A DNA stretch of 64,000 nt from Chrysomallon squamiferum (Eukaryota > Animalia > Mollusca): the NCBI GenBank assembly GCA_012295275.1, contig CM022667.1, positions 4,960,001 to 5,024,000 on the forward strand, in the 5' to 3' direction. Positions 28,311 to 44,004 of the stretch are shown in pieces (positions within the stretch are counted from its first letter, which is position 1; each line of letters opens with the position of its first letter). The position numbers and the translations under genes are program-made. The notes below the pieces were generated by a model. That model did not search any database. It had not been told where the DNA came from and was given only the letters and a program-made list of their open reading frames with translations.

Positions 28311-28541
28311 ACGTTTCAAGCGAGGTTTAGAAGAATCATGGACTGCTCACAGAATGTTTTAAACGAGGACACGACAGAAGTGACCAGCAGACTTGATGAG
28401 ATGGAGAAGTTGCTGTTCTTGGCAGGTCAGAGGGGACTCAATGATTTCAACAGGTGGGAGAGACGCGAAACAGAAAAACTCTGCACGTCAGACATGGTGA
28501 GGAATCACAGAAAACGAAAACGAGCAGTAATGGACAAGTGA
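28311..28541 (+). CDS. GINS3: GINS subunit Psf3, exon 3
   Basis: tag|TFQARFRRIMDCSQN...LDEMEKLLF.AG......F.RW....S.MVRNHRKRK*; Psf3 C-terminus. Confidence 0.93.
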   Translation, partial: TFQARFRRIMDCSQNVLNEDTTEVTSRLDEMEKLLFLAGQRGLNDFNRWERRETEKLCTSDMVRNHRKRKRAVMDK

Positions 28542-30702
28542 AACTAAAGTCTGATATTTAAAAAACAATAAATAGTTCAGTAATTTAATACTTTAGTATA
28601 AAATGCTCTTAACAAGTAATTGAAATATTGTTTTTTTTTATTAAAACACAGCAAGTTGAAATTAGATGCCATGGTCAAATCCTTGTATTTATGTTAAAAA
28701 CCTTTGTTAATAATAAATGTTCATTTTTATTTAAAAAAATTATGGAATTGAAAATTATCATTTTCTGATATTTAATTCATCTGTTATTAGAAATTTATTT
28801 TTTATTCAGAGGTGTTAAAAATTTGTCTTGTTTACAAATGATGTTAAAAATCTCAGTAATTTGATATGTACAGTTAATGTAAAATCTGAACTGTGAGTCT
28901 AGAGAGACTGAGATAAAGTAGTGAAAACTAATTTATAATTTTGTGTATATTGTAATAAACCTTAAAAAATGCACCACTGAAATGTGAAATTTAAATTTTG
29001 TTATGAAGACACATTTGTAAATATTGTAATAAATTATATATGTGTATATTTGTTGTTTGTTGTTTGGATAATTTACATTTTGGGATCAGTTATATATTTT
29101 ATTTTTAGAGTTATTATTTTGAAGTGGTAATTATTTCTGTCATGTGGTTATAGTTAACAAGAAATTTATTTCATACACATTAGTTCCAAATATTAGTTTG
29201 GATGGCAAAATTATATACAACTCAAGAAAAAACTATGTAAAGAAAATGTTCTTTTTTTAAATTATATTTTTATTTTGTTTTATTTTATTGCTTTTATTAT
29301 TATTATTTTATTATTTTTTAAAGAAAGAGATGTGATTTGCTAAATAAACATTTGTTGGAACTGGTTGAATAATAATAAAATGATAATGAACGTAAACAGC
29401 AATACACATATCAGATGAGGTATGTCGGTTGCAATCTTCTTATTGGAGTTATTTCCCTTGCTCTACGTATTCATTCTTTTATTATTTCTCCTGAAGTGGA
29501 TGAATTATGTAAACATTAATCTGTTGCAGGATCCAAGAAGTGAACCTCAGCCTCCTAAGTATGAAGAACAAAGCATTCATTTTAAAATTTATAAATTAGA
29601 ATTCAAGATACTGGATTTTATACTTGTGTATGTTAGTGTGTGTGTGTGTGTGTGTGTGAAATTATTGAATGCACACATCTGATATTTTAAAAAATATTGC
29701 AACACGCTTATAATAATATATATATATATATATATTTATTTATTTACACAAAATTGATTTTTCACAAGATTATTTTATTGTTACAGCGATAACGTAACAA
29801 GTTTAATTTACAGTTTAGAAGTATTTACAGAAATGATTTTTATGAATTATAAAGAAATGGGCTAAATCAGATTCCTTAATTAGGATTAAAAAAAAAAAAA
29901 AATGTATTATAAATATAACTAAAGCATACGTATTTTTTTCTTTAAAACATAAAAAAAAAAAAAAAAAAAATGAAAGGTTAATAATCCAAAAAATGAATTA
30001 GTATTCAGAACGTTACATCAGTATAGTACTCTCTGCAGAAAGTTAAATAAATAAATATTGTTATATAAAAAGATAATAATATATATTTTTATGTATTTTG
30101 TAAATCTGTATCAATATAATAATTTATATAATTTAATATAAAATCTAAAGATATCGTAGAACAGGAATTGTTCTAATAAATTGATAAAATATAAAAAAAA
30201 TGTAAAAATTATCTGAATAGTAGCTCTCACTGTTTCCTCACTTTTTGTTGTTTCTTGTTTTTGCTATCATCATCGTTATTATCGTTGTTTGTGCTTCTTG
30301 TTAGTATAAAGAAAATGAAATGAAGATTAGTTAAGGTATAAAAACACAGAGTAATTTTGAATGTCACCAATGAACTTTTAAAACAACCCAATATGTCGTC
30401 AGTTAAAAAATTAAAAAAATTATAAAAAGTTGCACAGCTGCCAGTTGTTGAGAGTATGAGTTTAAATGTTCATATCATGATTATTAATTATATATAAACA
30501 GATCAGTGGCATTAAAAAAAGACGAGGTTTTTCAAGTATAAACAGAAAATAAATCTTTTATAAGTTATTTAGGTAAATGCAGCAATGAGATTGCTTGCTA
30601 AAGGACTATATGTTATGAAAACAAACGTTTCTGAAGGTCACTTAGGGTTCTCAAAAATAATACTTTCCATATCGTTTTCGTGGTTGCCTTTCTTGATATC
30701 AT

Positions 30703-30828
30703 GTTTCTGTTCGTGTTTTAATAGTTACTGTTCTTGTTTTCAACGTTACAGTTCTTATTTTCAAGGTTTCAGTTGTTGTTTTCAAAGTTACTGGCCTATT
30801 TTCGTGGTTACAGATCTTGTTCCAGTGG
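30703..30828. repeat. Degenerate 21-bp tandem repeat (~6 copies)
   Basis: gttactgttcttgttttcaac / gttacagttcttattttcaag / gtttcagttgttgttttcaaa and similar units. Confidence 0.6.
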
Positions 30829-31518
30829 TAAATTTATTTAGAGATCCAAATTAAGTTATTTCAAATAATTAATTGTTTGAGATTCTGTTGATCACATTCA
30901 TAAAGTAATTTTTTCTCCACAGTTTAAAATCCTGAGCGACCTGCACGAAAATATCTTCTTCTCATGATAAAGAGATCAAATGTTACATGTTTATTCTGAT
31001 ACACGTTGTGATGATAGCTTTGTGCTAGGAGGTCTTCCGTAAAGTTTACCGAGTTCTTTCAGTACATAAAACTGAGGACTGAGTTAGACAGTTTTGAAAT
31101 TACTTTAACAATTATATTCTAACTTGTAGTAAAAGAAAAAAATAGCTCCAGAAGTCAACAACAAATAATAACCTATTTCAAAACAAACAAATTCTGTCAG
31201 AAAGGTGGCTTTCAACAAAAGGTTAAAACTTTGATGATCTGTTTCAACAGGAGATAAAGAACGCAGCGTATATTTAAAGAGAGAGAGAGAGAAAAAAGAA
31301 GGAACTGAATGACCTGATAAATTTGCATGAATTACATTCTATCTTATAAAAGTTGGGACAATAATTTAAATATAAATCTATCTCAACTCGTTTGAACTGA
31401 ACTACGAGTGTGGGTCCGCCTTAGAGAACGGACGTAGCAGAAGATTAAAATGGCTGGTATTAATTACGTTATATGACGGATTACTGAGCACTACACTGTT
31501 ACTAGGCGAGTCTACGCA

Positions 31519-31773
31519 TTATCCACAGAGGGGTTTCATAGCGATCATGTTCTCTATACAAGTGAGGGGTAGCTGCACCACGCCCAGGATCGCCTCGCAC
31601 ACGCCTTTCAGCGGTTCTATGCAGGCTGAGAAAGGCAGCAGGAACACGTAGAGCCAGGCGATGAAAAATCCTATTGGCCAAGCTAAAAACCAGAAGATCA
31701 GAAACCAGAGAATTGCCCACAGTATCCCAGGACACAGTCCACCGCCACGACCTTGACCTTCTCCTTGACCCAT
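31519..31773 (-). CDS. Uncharacterised 84-aa hydrophobic membrane microprotein (paralog A)
   Basis: GC-rich ORF in AT-rich DNA; acceptor (cag at 31788-31786) just upstream of the ATG; clear paralogy to 32652-32918 (WFLIF.F.AWP..F.IA.LYVFL.PF..C.E......LPLTC..NMI..KPLC). Confidence 0.85.
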   Translation of the reverse strand: MGQGEGQGRGGGLCPGILWAILWFLIFWFLAWPIGFFIAWLYVFLLPFSACIEPLKGVCEAILGVVQLPLTCIENMIAMKPLCG

Positions 31774-31788
31774 GTTATTCGGTTACTG

Positions 31789-31844
<56 letters not shown>

Positions 31845-32056
31845 AAATGAGAGAAACAACGACAACAAAAATTTAATCATGTGGATAATAATAATAATAA
31901 TAACAACAATAATAATATAAATTCAACAATAATGAAAAAGAAAAATGAAAATAACAGTAATTATGTGCGTCTAAAACGCTTACGTACTTGTACACAGAAA
32001 ACATAACTCTGTAAGACAAAAAAACCTCACAATACCCATACACGCAGTCACATATT

Positions 32057-32127
<71 letters not shown>

Positions 32128-32207
32128 TGATTTATCACAAAACAATATATATGTGTGTGCGTGTCTAAAACGCTTACGTACTTGTAAACAGGAAACATAA
32201 CTGTAAG

Positions 32208-32259
<52 letters not shown>

Positions 32260-32651
32260 AAAAAAAATAACCTCTTGAACATATAAAATGAAAACTTACA
32301 AGTTAAAATTTATAAGTAATTATTTATTCGTAATGATATAAAACAGTAAATCAGAAAAGTCTCTTAAGACGAGACTACGTGCTGGATGTTAGAAAAGTAC
32401 TAGCAGTTTCTTCTGAATACAGTTATTTTAATTCTGTCTTATTTATCCGTCTGCAAATTGTACAATAGAACAAGTTTTTAATAAGATTTTTTTTTTTTCT
32501 TACGTTCTTTTATATATTTATTATAATGATTTTTAATTTTTATTTTATATATATATATATATTAAGAATTTTTATTATTCCTTATTTCCCGACATTATTC
32601 CGGTGACTAATATTGTTTTCAAAAGGAGTTGTTTCCCTTCTTCATTAATTC

Positions 32652-32918
32652 CTAACAGAGTGGTTTCCCCACTATCATATTCTGCACGCAGGTCAAAGGA
32701 AGATTGACAAGTTTAAAAATGACGTCAGTCGTTTCTTTGATTTGTTCGACGCAGCCTGCGAATGGAATCAAGAACACGTACAACATGGCTATCAGGAATG
32801 CCACGGGCCATGCGACGAAGAAAAATATTAAAAACCAAAATATGGCATTTACTGCTCTGGGACAGGCTTCGCCATCAACGACAACTTTGCCATGCTCGTC
32901 AGCTTCCCCACTTCCCAT
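32652..32918 (-). CDS. Uncharacterised 88-aa hydrophobic membrane microprotein (paralog B)
   Basis: Paralog of 31519-31773 with amino-acid conservation despite divergent codons; acceptor ttttcag at 32948-32946. Confidence 0.85.
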   Translation of the reverse strand: MGSGEADEHGKVVVDGEACPRAVNAIFWFLIFFFVAWPVAFLIAMLYVFLIPFAGCVEQIKETTDVIFKLVNLPLTCVQNMIVGKPLC

Positions 32919-35104
32919 CGAAATGTATTGTTATTATTTTACAGGCTGAAAACAAGAAATTTATGAACGTAAAGACTTTCTACTTATTTATTTCATTTAT
33001 TTCTGAATAAAATTAATCTGCAAATAGTTTGACATAACGAATAAAATTAATAGTGTATGATTTTTTTATTTTAATTGTCTTACGTTTTCTACGAAAATGA
33101 AAGAAACTGAAAATATATGTATAAGAATATTAAGACTTTAACAAAACACTTTGTGATTAAATGCCTTATATCATGTGTGTGTTTGTCTATGTGTTTAACA
33201 TTACTGTACGTTTGCATGCATTGTGTGTTTGTATGTGTGTGTGTGTGTTTGTGTGTTATGGGTGTGCACGTATTATTGTTGTACATATACATGATTGTCT
33301 GTTGTGCTTTTTTTGTTTTTAATTTTTTCCCCTACTTTTAAAATTATAATAAAGGAAAATAGATACCTCAACTGTTCCTAAGAATTAGACTGATGATGAC
33401 GTCATTTGGCTGTAACGTCACAGTTACGATACGTATGTAAAAATTTCATACCACATTTAATGGTGTACAGCATGGCAAGGAAAATTACTGTAAAAGAGTC
33501 GCACTAAATGAATGTCAACAGCGAGGTCGACGTCTATACGTAGATGCAGTGACCGTAACGTAGATGCAGTGACGATCTGCGACCGTAGTGATGACGAATA
33601 CACATGATTGCTATAGTGATAAAGTATCCAACTACGTAATGAACTAATGATACTACGTAATCAATATTTCAGATTTATTGGATACATTTCTTTTGTCTTC
33701 CTTACTTATTTGGATATAATTTCGAGCAAACAGAGGAATCCTGATGGTAAAATATATTTTTTCTTTTTATACTTTAAATATCGAATTTGAGAATTGCCTT
33801 TTTAAAACATTATTCTCTAGCATGAAATTTAGTCACTGATTTTGTTTTCATTACATTTCTTTTAAAGATGTCGTTTACTATGTACCTCTTTTCATCATAT
33901 CAATGAACCGACATCAGGAAGAAGTATAATCTTCCAAGCTATTTCCAGTAAACATCCTGTACTGAATAGATTACAATAAAACAAAGGGTTCATTAATCGA
34001 TTACCAGATTATCTAAATAACAAGACTAGCTGTATAAAAAAAAGTAACAGTAATTTAGAACATAAATTTTTAAGACGTTCAAAATCCTAGCAGTGAGCTT
34101 CTAGACACGGAAGTAAATCAAAAAAGTTCCATACACTATTTATATTCATAATGAATTGATGTCATTGATTTTCTGAATTTTTTTCTACATCTTCTAACAA
34201 TGTTTTGAGCGGAAATTACGTCATATGATTCTTATTTGACGGACTGCAAAGCAAACTCCAATTCAGAGTAGATACGCAACAAACTAAAACTTTGTTTACG
34301 TAGTTACATCCCCTGCGGGTTCATGCACGTATATCATGATCGTATCTGCGATACATGGCGACTGTATCGATTGAGACAGAAAGTGAAAATGTTTTTGTTT
34401 TCTTTGTGACGGTGACAGATTATTGACATTAAAATGGTTGGTGAAGAAATTGTTCTATGTGGTGAGATGTCAGCGGAGGTAGATTTTAGACTAAGTATAG
34501 ATAGGTTTAGACAACTGTAGGTAGATTTATTGAAGCAGACAGACGTTTAGACACGTTGATGTAAATGTTGTCACGTATAGGTAGACTTAGTGAAGTTGAT
34601 ATGGAAAAGCTGAGGAAGATTTGACAAGTAAAGATAGATTTTGTGAAGTAAATATAGTGTAGACTATTCATATAGTACAAATTATTTAGACCACAGAGAA
34701 GTGGATACAAATTACGAATATTACAAAACACTCATATTTCCAACAAATGATGTCAGAACAATAGAGAAAAATACACATCAATAAGTAGAAAATAAATAAG
34801 AGTGTATGTGTGTTTGTGAGTGAGTATGTCCGTTCCTGCATATATAATAATACTGACATTGTGGAACTGAATTTACTATTAAATTCACGGTTTTTAATCA
34901 GTTCTGATGGACAGCTCACTGAGTTTGTTTTGTCGTGATCGTATAACAGCGCCTTTGTCAGTGCACGAAAATCAAAAATAATTTTAATAACATACATACA
35001 TATATTTATGGATAAATACATACATACATACATATGTGCATACCTATATACTTACATCAAAAAACATATAGAGAGAGACAGAGAAAGGGAGGGAGGGAGG
35101 GAGG

Positions 35105-35200
<96 letters not shown>

Positions 35201-35558
35201 AGAGAGAGATATGAATAAAACACTAATGCAGCAAAGTGCAGAAGTAATCAATGTATTAACGTGAAAAGTGAAAAGAAACTCACAAGGTCGTTGGCACGAT
35301 CGATCTGTGTGTGTGTTACGCACCACAATGATGCACATGCATGTTGTACAGGTGTATCACAGTAACCATGGGCACGGTTACTATGTATTAACTGAGACTG
35401 CTTGTACTTTTGTTTGCACTTGATATCTTAACCTCATGTTTATTACTTCGAGAAGACAAAAATACCCTTACTTCAACACACAAAAGAAAAAGTGATAGAG
35501 GCAGTATTGTCCCGAGCAGCTGCATAATAGATTACAGTGTCATTGATACAGATTCCAA

Positions 35559-35682
<124 letters not shown>

Positions 35683-36016
35683 ATATGCTACCTAGCTAGG
35701 ATTTGTTGCACACACACACATTTCTAACTAAGATTGTGTTAAATTATTTCCATTATAGGCGACACAGATAAGTTAATATTCTCTCCGTATGATTATCTGG
35801 AACTGTAAATATGTATGAAAACAGTCATATATAATTATAAATCTGTTAATTGACCAGCTTCCAGCTGTTGCTAATTTTTCTATTATATATTACCGTTTGA
35901 GATGTTCATATGTTTAATGCACGCACCAATAAAAATAAATTAAGATATAGTAATAATGATGATGATAATACTGATATTAATAACAGTAACAATAGTAATA
36001 GTAACGACAACAATTA

Positions 36017-36073
<57 letters not shown>

Positions 36074-36499
36074 GAAAAAATCTTAGGAAGTCTTATTTAA
36101 TGAATATCTAGCCGATCCTAAATGAATGGCTAAATGACGTCACTGAAAATTCGGTCAGCTGACACTGGTGTAGTACAGCTTTTATCAGTATTCTCAGTAA
36201 TACACGACTAGTAGGAGTCTACTATAAAATATTTACAGTCTTAGAAACCAGATAAATATTATCATGGTGTGACATTATTACACTTAAAGATAGTGTGGGG
36301 GGGAATAAAATAAAAGGAAATGAAAAAAAGAGAAGAAAACCGGTTACACTGGTTTGAATTTCACGGTTGACCGACGATTTTTAGTACGAGCAAGCTGAAT
36401 AAAAAGGAATGAGTATTACTTTTGGGACATGCGGTATTTTATATCACTTCTTTCTTTTTTTCCCTTTCATCAATAGTGTTCATTTCTAAATAGGAATGG

Positions 36500-36740
<241 letters not shown>

Positions 36741-39560
36741 CACCCCCTCACCGCAAATGCTCTGAGGATCAAGCTTTTACAGCAATCCACTAGGGATAAT
36801 TAATTTTTCAGTGAAGTACAACTGGTTTCTCGGAGGATGTGTTTTTAGCTCTACAGGATCGTGTGTATGAATGAAATCTCCTCTGGAACTAATGGGAAGC
36901 GTGTGACGTGTCTCTCACCTACCGGCAGAGAATTCTCTCTATCTTCCTCTCTCTCTCTGTCTCATCTTCACAGTATGGATAACGCTCAATAACCTTACAA
37001 ATGTGTTAATAAAACATTAATCCTTTGTGTTTAACGTATCGCTAAGTTTCAACATACAAACACACCTAAACAGTTAACCTATCAACGGGGATAAAATATT
37101 AAATAAATATTTGTCAGTGTACATATGTACATATATATATATATATATATTTTTTTATAACGTTAGTAATTTGAAGGCCAGATGGAAGATAGGCGTAAAA
37201 GGTACTTAACATTTTTTGGGGTCATATATAAACGAGAAGCGTTCACGTAAAAACGTATGTAAATAGAAACGCCTCCCATGTACAGAGTAAACATCTTTAT
37301 CGGGTTTATTGGGATCTGAAGTACGCAGAAAAGTGAGACTGTAATAACCTCGAGTCGCCTATGGAACAGATGTTTTAGTAGTTGTTGTAGTAGTAGTAGT
37401 AGTTGTTGTCAGGGGCGGGTCCAGGTTTTAAAACAAGAGGGAGGGTTGCGTTGTTCATAAATAAAATAATTTATAACGAGGCAAGGGTATTTATAAATAA
37501 CAAATCTGTCAGTATAAATAGAATTTCAAACTTGTCGCTTTGTTCTAAATCTGTGTGTGGTGTAGTAGTAAAATGCATGAAGAAAAGGTAGGAGTTTTAG
37601 TAATAGCCGTCGTTGTAGTAGTAATATTAATAGTTGTCGACGTGGTTGTTACAGTAGTATTTGGTTTAGCGCTAGTAGAAGATGGGCGTCATGTTGTTAA
37701 AAGCAGTAGAAAAAATAAAACGAAAACTATTTTTACGGCTGTATACACCGTGACCCGTGTCGGAAGCGCAAGGTCACATTCAGTTTAAAGGGAAAAAGCG
37801 CAACAAGAAAACAAAATCAACAAACGAGCTTAAAAAACACTGAAAAAAGAAGCCTAACGTACATATATTAACATATCGGCTAGTAAAAGTCTATTTCTTA
37901 ATGCCGTCATAACAGATATTAATGCAAATCAGTAAAATTTAAAAACAAATTGCTACCTACGTACAGTGTGATGGGAGCAGACGACTTCCTAGAGTCACGT
38001 GATTTCATAAACAAAACGGTTAAATAGACACTCGTGAGGCCGGGTCCGAACGCGATGGCGAATACAGGCAAACGAGCGAGTTTGCAACGAATTAAAATTT
38101 AAAAAAAAAATAAATAAAAAAAAAAAAGAAAAAAAGGAAACCGTTTAAAAAGAAATATATTATGTAGATGAGATGTGTAATATATATACATTTGGAATAT
38201 TAATTATTTTAAACGTATTTAATTTAACTTGGTGCTCTACAAAACACCTGCAGATATAAAAAAAAAAAAAAAAAAAACAACAACAACAATAAAAATAAAA
38301 TAAAAAAAAAAAAAAATAAAATAAAATAAATAAAATAAATAAATTAAAATAAATAAATAAATAAATAAATTAATAATAAAAAAAAAAGAAAAAAAGAAAG
38401 AAAAAAAAAGAAAAATAAAAGGTGAAGACAATTATGATTTGTTGACTATATCGTCAAAGTACTGAGTAAAGTAACAAGTCTATAACCTGTTAATAACACA
38501 CACTAACTATATCTCCCTGGCTTACACCGTAATCCGTGAAATACGACACCAAACCAAAACTTACCTTAATCCATACACTGTCAAAACGAAACGAAAGTGG
38601 TAACGTGCAGGCTGTTGGACCAAAGTGCCACTATCACAGCAAGTACTAAATATGATGTCACGCGCCAAGCCACGCGCCCCGTTGTTGTATATTGCAAACA
38701 CAGAACACTATCTGGTTGCTGTGCGTTTGGTATTGATCGTCAGTCCCAGTAATCTCGACAGCTCTATCGTCTTTTTGTAGAAAACGCGTTTAATTTAGAT
38801 ACCTGATTCAGTCGCACCTGGATTAATAAAATTAGGGACGTATCGAGGAATCAGCAGCGGGGTGAGAGTGGGGGGGGGACTGGGGATGTATATAAATATG
38901 ACGTATTAAGATTAATGTACTATGTCGTTAGATACAGCGTAATATATCAACTACTATTTCTTTAATTATTATGTATGTCTGCGTGTGTGTGTGTATATAT
39001 ATCTTCATTATTTTATTAGATTATAACAATACTAGCATTTTATTACATATAACAATATATTAACTACAGTTGTTTAATTTAAAAAGTAAAATTTTAAACA
39101 TTTTTATTAAAGCAATATATTGACTACTGTTTTATTAGATATAACGTAATATATTAATATTTTATTAATTATGACATTTTACAGCTACAACTGTTACAAA
39201 TTAAAGTCCGTCAACTAGAATAGTTTTGTTTATCAAAATTTACTTCGTGACCAGCCAGTTTTACTTATCAGTATCTGTGTGGACACGCCCGAATAACTTT
39301 CTTAACAAACCGTGTAGTGTAATCTGCACTAGGAAAAAACCCACTTAATTTTACTTTACACTTAGTTCGTTACATTCGAGTTTAAAAATAAACGTTTTGG
39401 CAAAGAACCATAAGAACTGTTTAAGAGACTAACTGTCGTCTGCACAGTTTTCAAAGAGAAACACACAACAACACATATACTCATAGACACACACACATAT
39501 TCACTCACGTAAAATCATAGACATACACATACAGACACACATATACACGTCCACAGACAC

Positions 39561-39602
<42 letters not shown>

Positions 39603-39899
39603 ATATCTAACGGCAAAGAAACTTATTAAAGATAAAGACAGACATTAATCACGAATAAAACATCAGTACACATACAGAAAAGCAAATATATATATATATT
39701 ATATATGAATACAGATATGAAGACAAACAAACTCACACACTCACACTACACATAACGAGGTAAAACACCAAATATACAGTAAAATAAAAAATAAAAAATA
39801 AAAAAATAAAAAATAAATAAATAAATAAATAAATATATAAATAAATAAATAAATAAATAAACAAACAACAGAATGAACAAAACACATATTAAAAAAAAT

Positions 39900-39942
<43 letters not shown>

Positions 39943-40563
39943 GGAAAATAAAAAAACACACACATAAAAAACTACAATATCTGTGTGACTATGTATTTGT
40001 TTGAGTGACGCGAGTCCAACGTGGAACTTAATCAAATTAACGATTCCCGACCCGCCAAACAGTTTAACAGTTCCAGAGAAACATTAACAGCTTTCATATT
40101 GTGATCAACACTTGAAATCATATCAACAGCCACAGCCAAAGTCACACGCGCCTGCATGAAGTTATATTAATAAATTTCAAATTATCCTCGACCCGTGACA
40201 TTTTATATTTAGACAATAAGACACACGTATTAATATTACAAGCACTGTTATTACGTACCTTTTGCGTCATATGTAAATTTTGGTTTGAACTTTAATTCAT
40301 GAAATACAACACCAATTCGCAGTGGTGCTTTCTATTAGAATACATACGCACTATAATTATCTGGGTTGAATACAGCTGATATTGTGTTAGTTACGACTGC
40401 ATATTATAAGGAAAGTTTGAGGTATTATTAAGAATCGACTCGACTCGAGTGTTTCGGAGTGTTGTGGAGGTGTAAGTTTGTCTAGTGTATAAATCATTAT
40501 TTCTTCTTCAGTCGGTAACGCATGTATGTGCATATATCGCTTGTTAACGTGTATGTGTGTATA

Positions 40564-40655
<92 letters not shown>

Positions 40656-41046
40656 ACTCACTAACTGCAGACATGTGTTCACTACATTTACCATTTATCT
40701 GTAAACAACGACGTTTCAAACTGTTACGGCGCATTGCAATTAAAATGTAAAGCAGTAACACAAAAAGTCTGCACCGGCGTGAAGCGAAGCATTCCGTCAG
40801 CCATAATGGATAACGACTTCCTTTTTCTTTCTTTTTTTATAAATAGCATTTATAGGTCATTCAGTCAAAGGGTCAGTTCAGGTTAGGTCAAAGGTCAGGC
40901 AAGAAAGGTATTTTTGTGTTTAAGAGTGAGGAATAAATCTGGATTAGAATTAAAGTCTGGAACAGCGAGGAATTTTGTTAACTTCGTGACCGTACAAGTA
41001 AAAACAGAAAACTACATAAGATATTAATATATAGCTAGTCAGATAT

Positions 41047-41087
<41 letters not shown>

Positions 41088-41785
41088 GTTATATAAAGAT
41101 ATACTTGAACTGCATTAAATTACTAAACGTATAACATAAAATACTGAACGACTACTTTTTCAAAGCTTACTGTTTTTGGAAATGAATATATCAAAACTAT
41201 TTCTCTCGACGTTGAGTATTTTTGTCCCCCATTCCTGCTACTTTGGTGTATCAGAGAGTTTGATGTTAGGTAATAAAATATTGTTTGCTGGTAACCGACA
41301 CTAACTGATCGTCTCTGGAAAAGTGTGTGTTTAAAATTAATTCTCTGCTAATTTTTCTCGAGGGATCTGGCAAATTATTTTTCCCAATCCAGCCTCAGTG
41401 AAATATTACAGATAACTTGCTGGTAATTGGCAATAATAAAAACACATCACAGACACACGACGGCGTGTTTGCCCCTGCTCCGTCGCCATTACTGGAGTCG
41501 TTAATATTTTTAAATAAGAGATCTTTAAGATTAGTTCAGTCAGAACAGACTAGAATTATTTTTTTTAAAATTTACAATTTCAAAATATACTGTTTTTTTT
41601 TTTTTTTTTATATACAAGATTTTTTTTTGGTAATTAATTATCTAATACACATTTTTATATGAATTTGTAATCAGAATTTTTAACTAAGCTTTGGTAAGGG
41701 AATGGTGTTTTGCCTTGTAATAATAAAGTTTTAAAAGAAGATGAAGATTTTTATCATTCCTAGTGTTTATAAAAAAAGAACATCT

Positions 41786-41841
<56 letters not shown>

Positions 41842-42054
41842 ACACACAAACACATACTTTATTTCACAAAGTCCGGTTAACGTGGTATACATACCAAAAA
41901 AAAAACTAGTTTTAGTTTCAAGTAGCAACGACGATAACTTCATTTACATAAATAGTTTTTCTGAATATTTAAAAGATTTTTAAACATTAAAAACATAAAT
42001 CCTTTCTAATGCACGAAACACTATACCATTATCACTCACAATTTTATAATACTG

Positions 42055-42092
<38 letters not shown>

Positions 42093-43406
42093 AAAGAAAT
42101 AAAGAAAAGGAAGAAGAAAAAAAAACACAGCAGTAATAAAACTGTTCAGTGATATCACAACATATACAATCGCTACGATATATCCAAAACGCTTATTAAT
42201 CCCGAAGAAAAATTGTTAACTTATCGTTCTATAACATAACACAAAATAATGCGTAAAAAATTAAAAAAATCTACCAATAACGATTAAAAAAAAAAAAAAA
42301 TACAGGAAAAAAAGGATAAAGTATTTCTTACCTTGTCTCTGTATCAACTGAATCAACTTAGAGCGGAAATGGCTGGCAGGAAAAGATTTTTGTCTTCAAA
42401 CAGGTAAACATTAGCGATCGCTCGAGCGCTGCCTGGCGGACTGGTGAACAGCGAAACAAAGTTTGTTTTCAGTCGACGATTTCCATGACGCTTGAACAAC
42501 AATTTCTTTATTCTCGGAGCTGAGCTGAGCTGTCGATTTGAAAACGAACCCGTCTACGTTGCATATATAAAACAACGTGTTCGTCTGTGATTTGTTTTGC
42601 TGGCGTATTTTTATTTACGCGAGATGACAAGAGTTATTTGCACAACAAAGGAGGTTAGGTGAGGTTAAAAGAAGTTTTGTGTTAGTGAGACTTGCTGAGA
42701 GTGAGATACAAAGGTGAAGGAAAATAGCTGGTGTGTGCGTTGGACGTACCTAGGTAGAAGGATTTAAATGTGTGTGTGTGCGCTTTTCTTACAGATGTAT
42801 ATGCAGAGTCAACAGACCGGAACTGAACTTAAATAAAATTCAATTCAGTTCAATTAAATAAATAAGATGAATGAATAAAATAATGAATGGATGGATGGAT
42901 GGATAAATAAAGAAAGAATTAAAGAAATAAATAAAGAAAGAAAGAAAGAAAGTAATAATTAAAATAAAATAAAATTATAAGTAAATAAATAAATAAATAA
43001 AATAAAATAAATTAAATTAATTAAACTAAAAAAAATATAAAATAAAATAAAAATATTAATTAAATAAAATTAATTAAAAAATTAATCAACAAAAACAAAC
43101 AAACAAACAACAACAACAAACAAAATCAACTTCAAAAATATAACAATAAATTATATTATACGTAATTATACTAAAAATACAAATGACAGTATTATAATGA
43201 TAAACACAGTAATAAAACGACATAAAACATAACAGCTCTAACTAATCTCTACTACGAACAAACGGTGACGAATCAACGTCGATGCCGATAATAATTTTAC
43301 AATACTCGACATTTCCTGGTGTACTGGTCGATATAAGTAAAGAGTTTTATAATTTTAGTCTAAACTAAAACTACATGACTCATTTTACTTCACCAGAAAT
43401 CAATAT

Positions 43407-43507
<101 letters not shown>

Positions 43508-43935
43508 ATATATAAATATATATGTGTGCAAAACACAAATTGTAATAAACTAAAAATAAGAAAAGTTTTATAAATCTCGCAGTATTTTTAAATTACAGTT
43601 ATCTGGCATGCTTGATACGCTGAAGGAACGGGAGATAACAAGAGATGAAACAGACAACCACTGTGTAACAGTCTACTCTCCCCCCCCCACCCGTTCTATT
43701 AAGGCGAAATATCCATTAACATGGCGGCGAGATAAATTAGGATCTCGCAATGTCCGGTCTGCAAAATAAAACAAAAAATCACGGACGTTAACAGCAAACT
43801 GCGCGACAGTGATTCTACAACTGAGCTTTTACACTGTTACAGAACGAAAGCGACAAACATCGTGTTTTCAAACTGTTCGCTTTACTCAGACAGATTTCAA
43901 TTTTTTAATTTTTTTATTTGTTCGGACGACAGTTC

Positions 43936-44004
<69 letters not shown>

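Noticed and set aside
29422-29682. 86-aa ORF containing a PPKY motif after a possible acceptor
   Set aside because: No partner exons or recognisable homology; it runs into a (TG)n repeat between convergent 3' ends.
31965-32215. ~55-bp local duplication flanking a (CT)n tract; similar short duplications at 46436-46550 and 58112-58210
   Set aside because: Ordinary slippage-type duplications with no sign of function.
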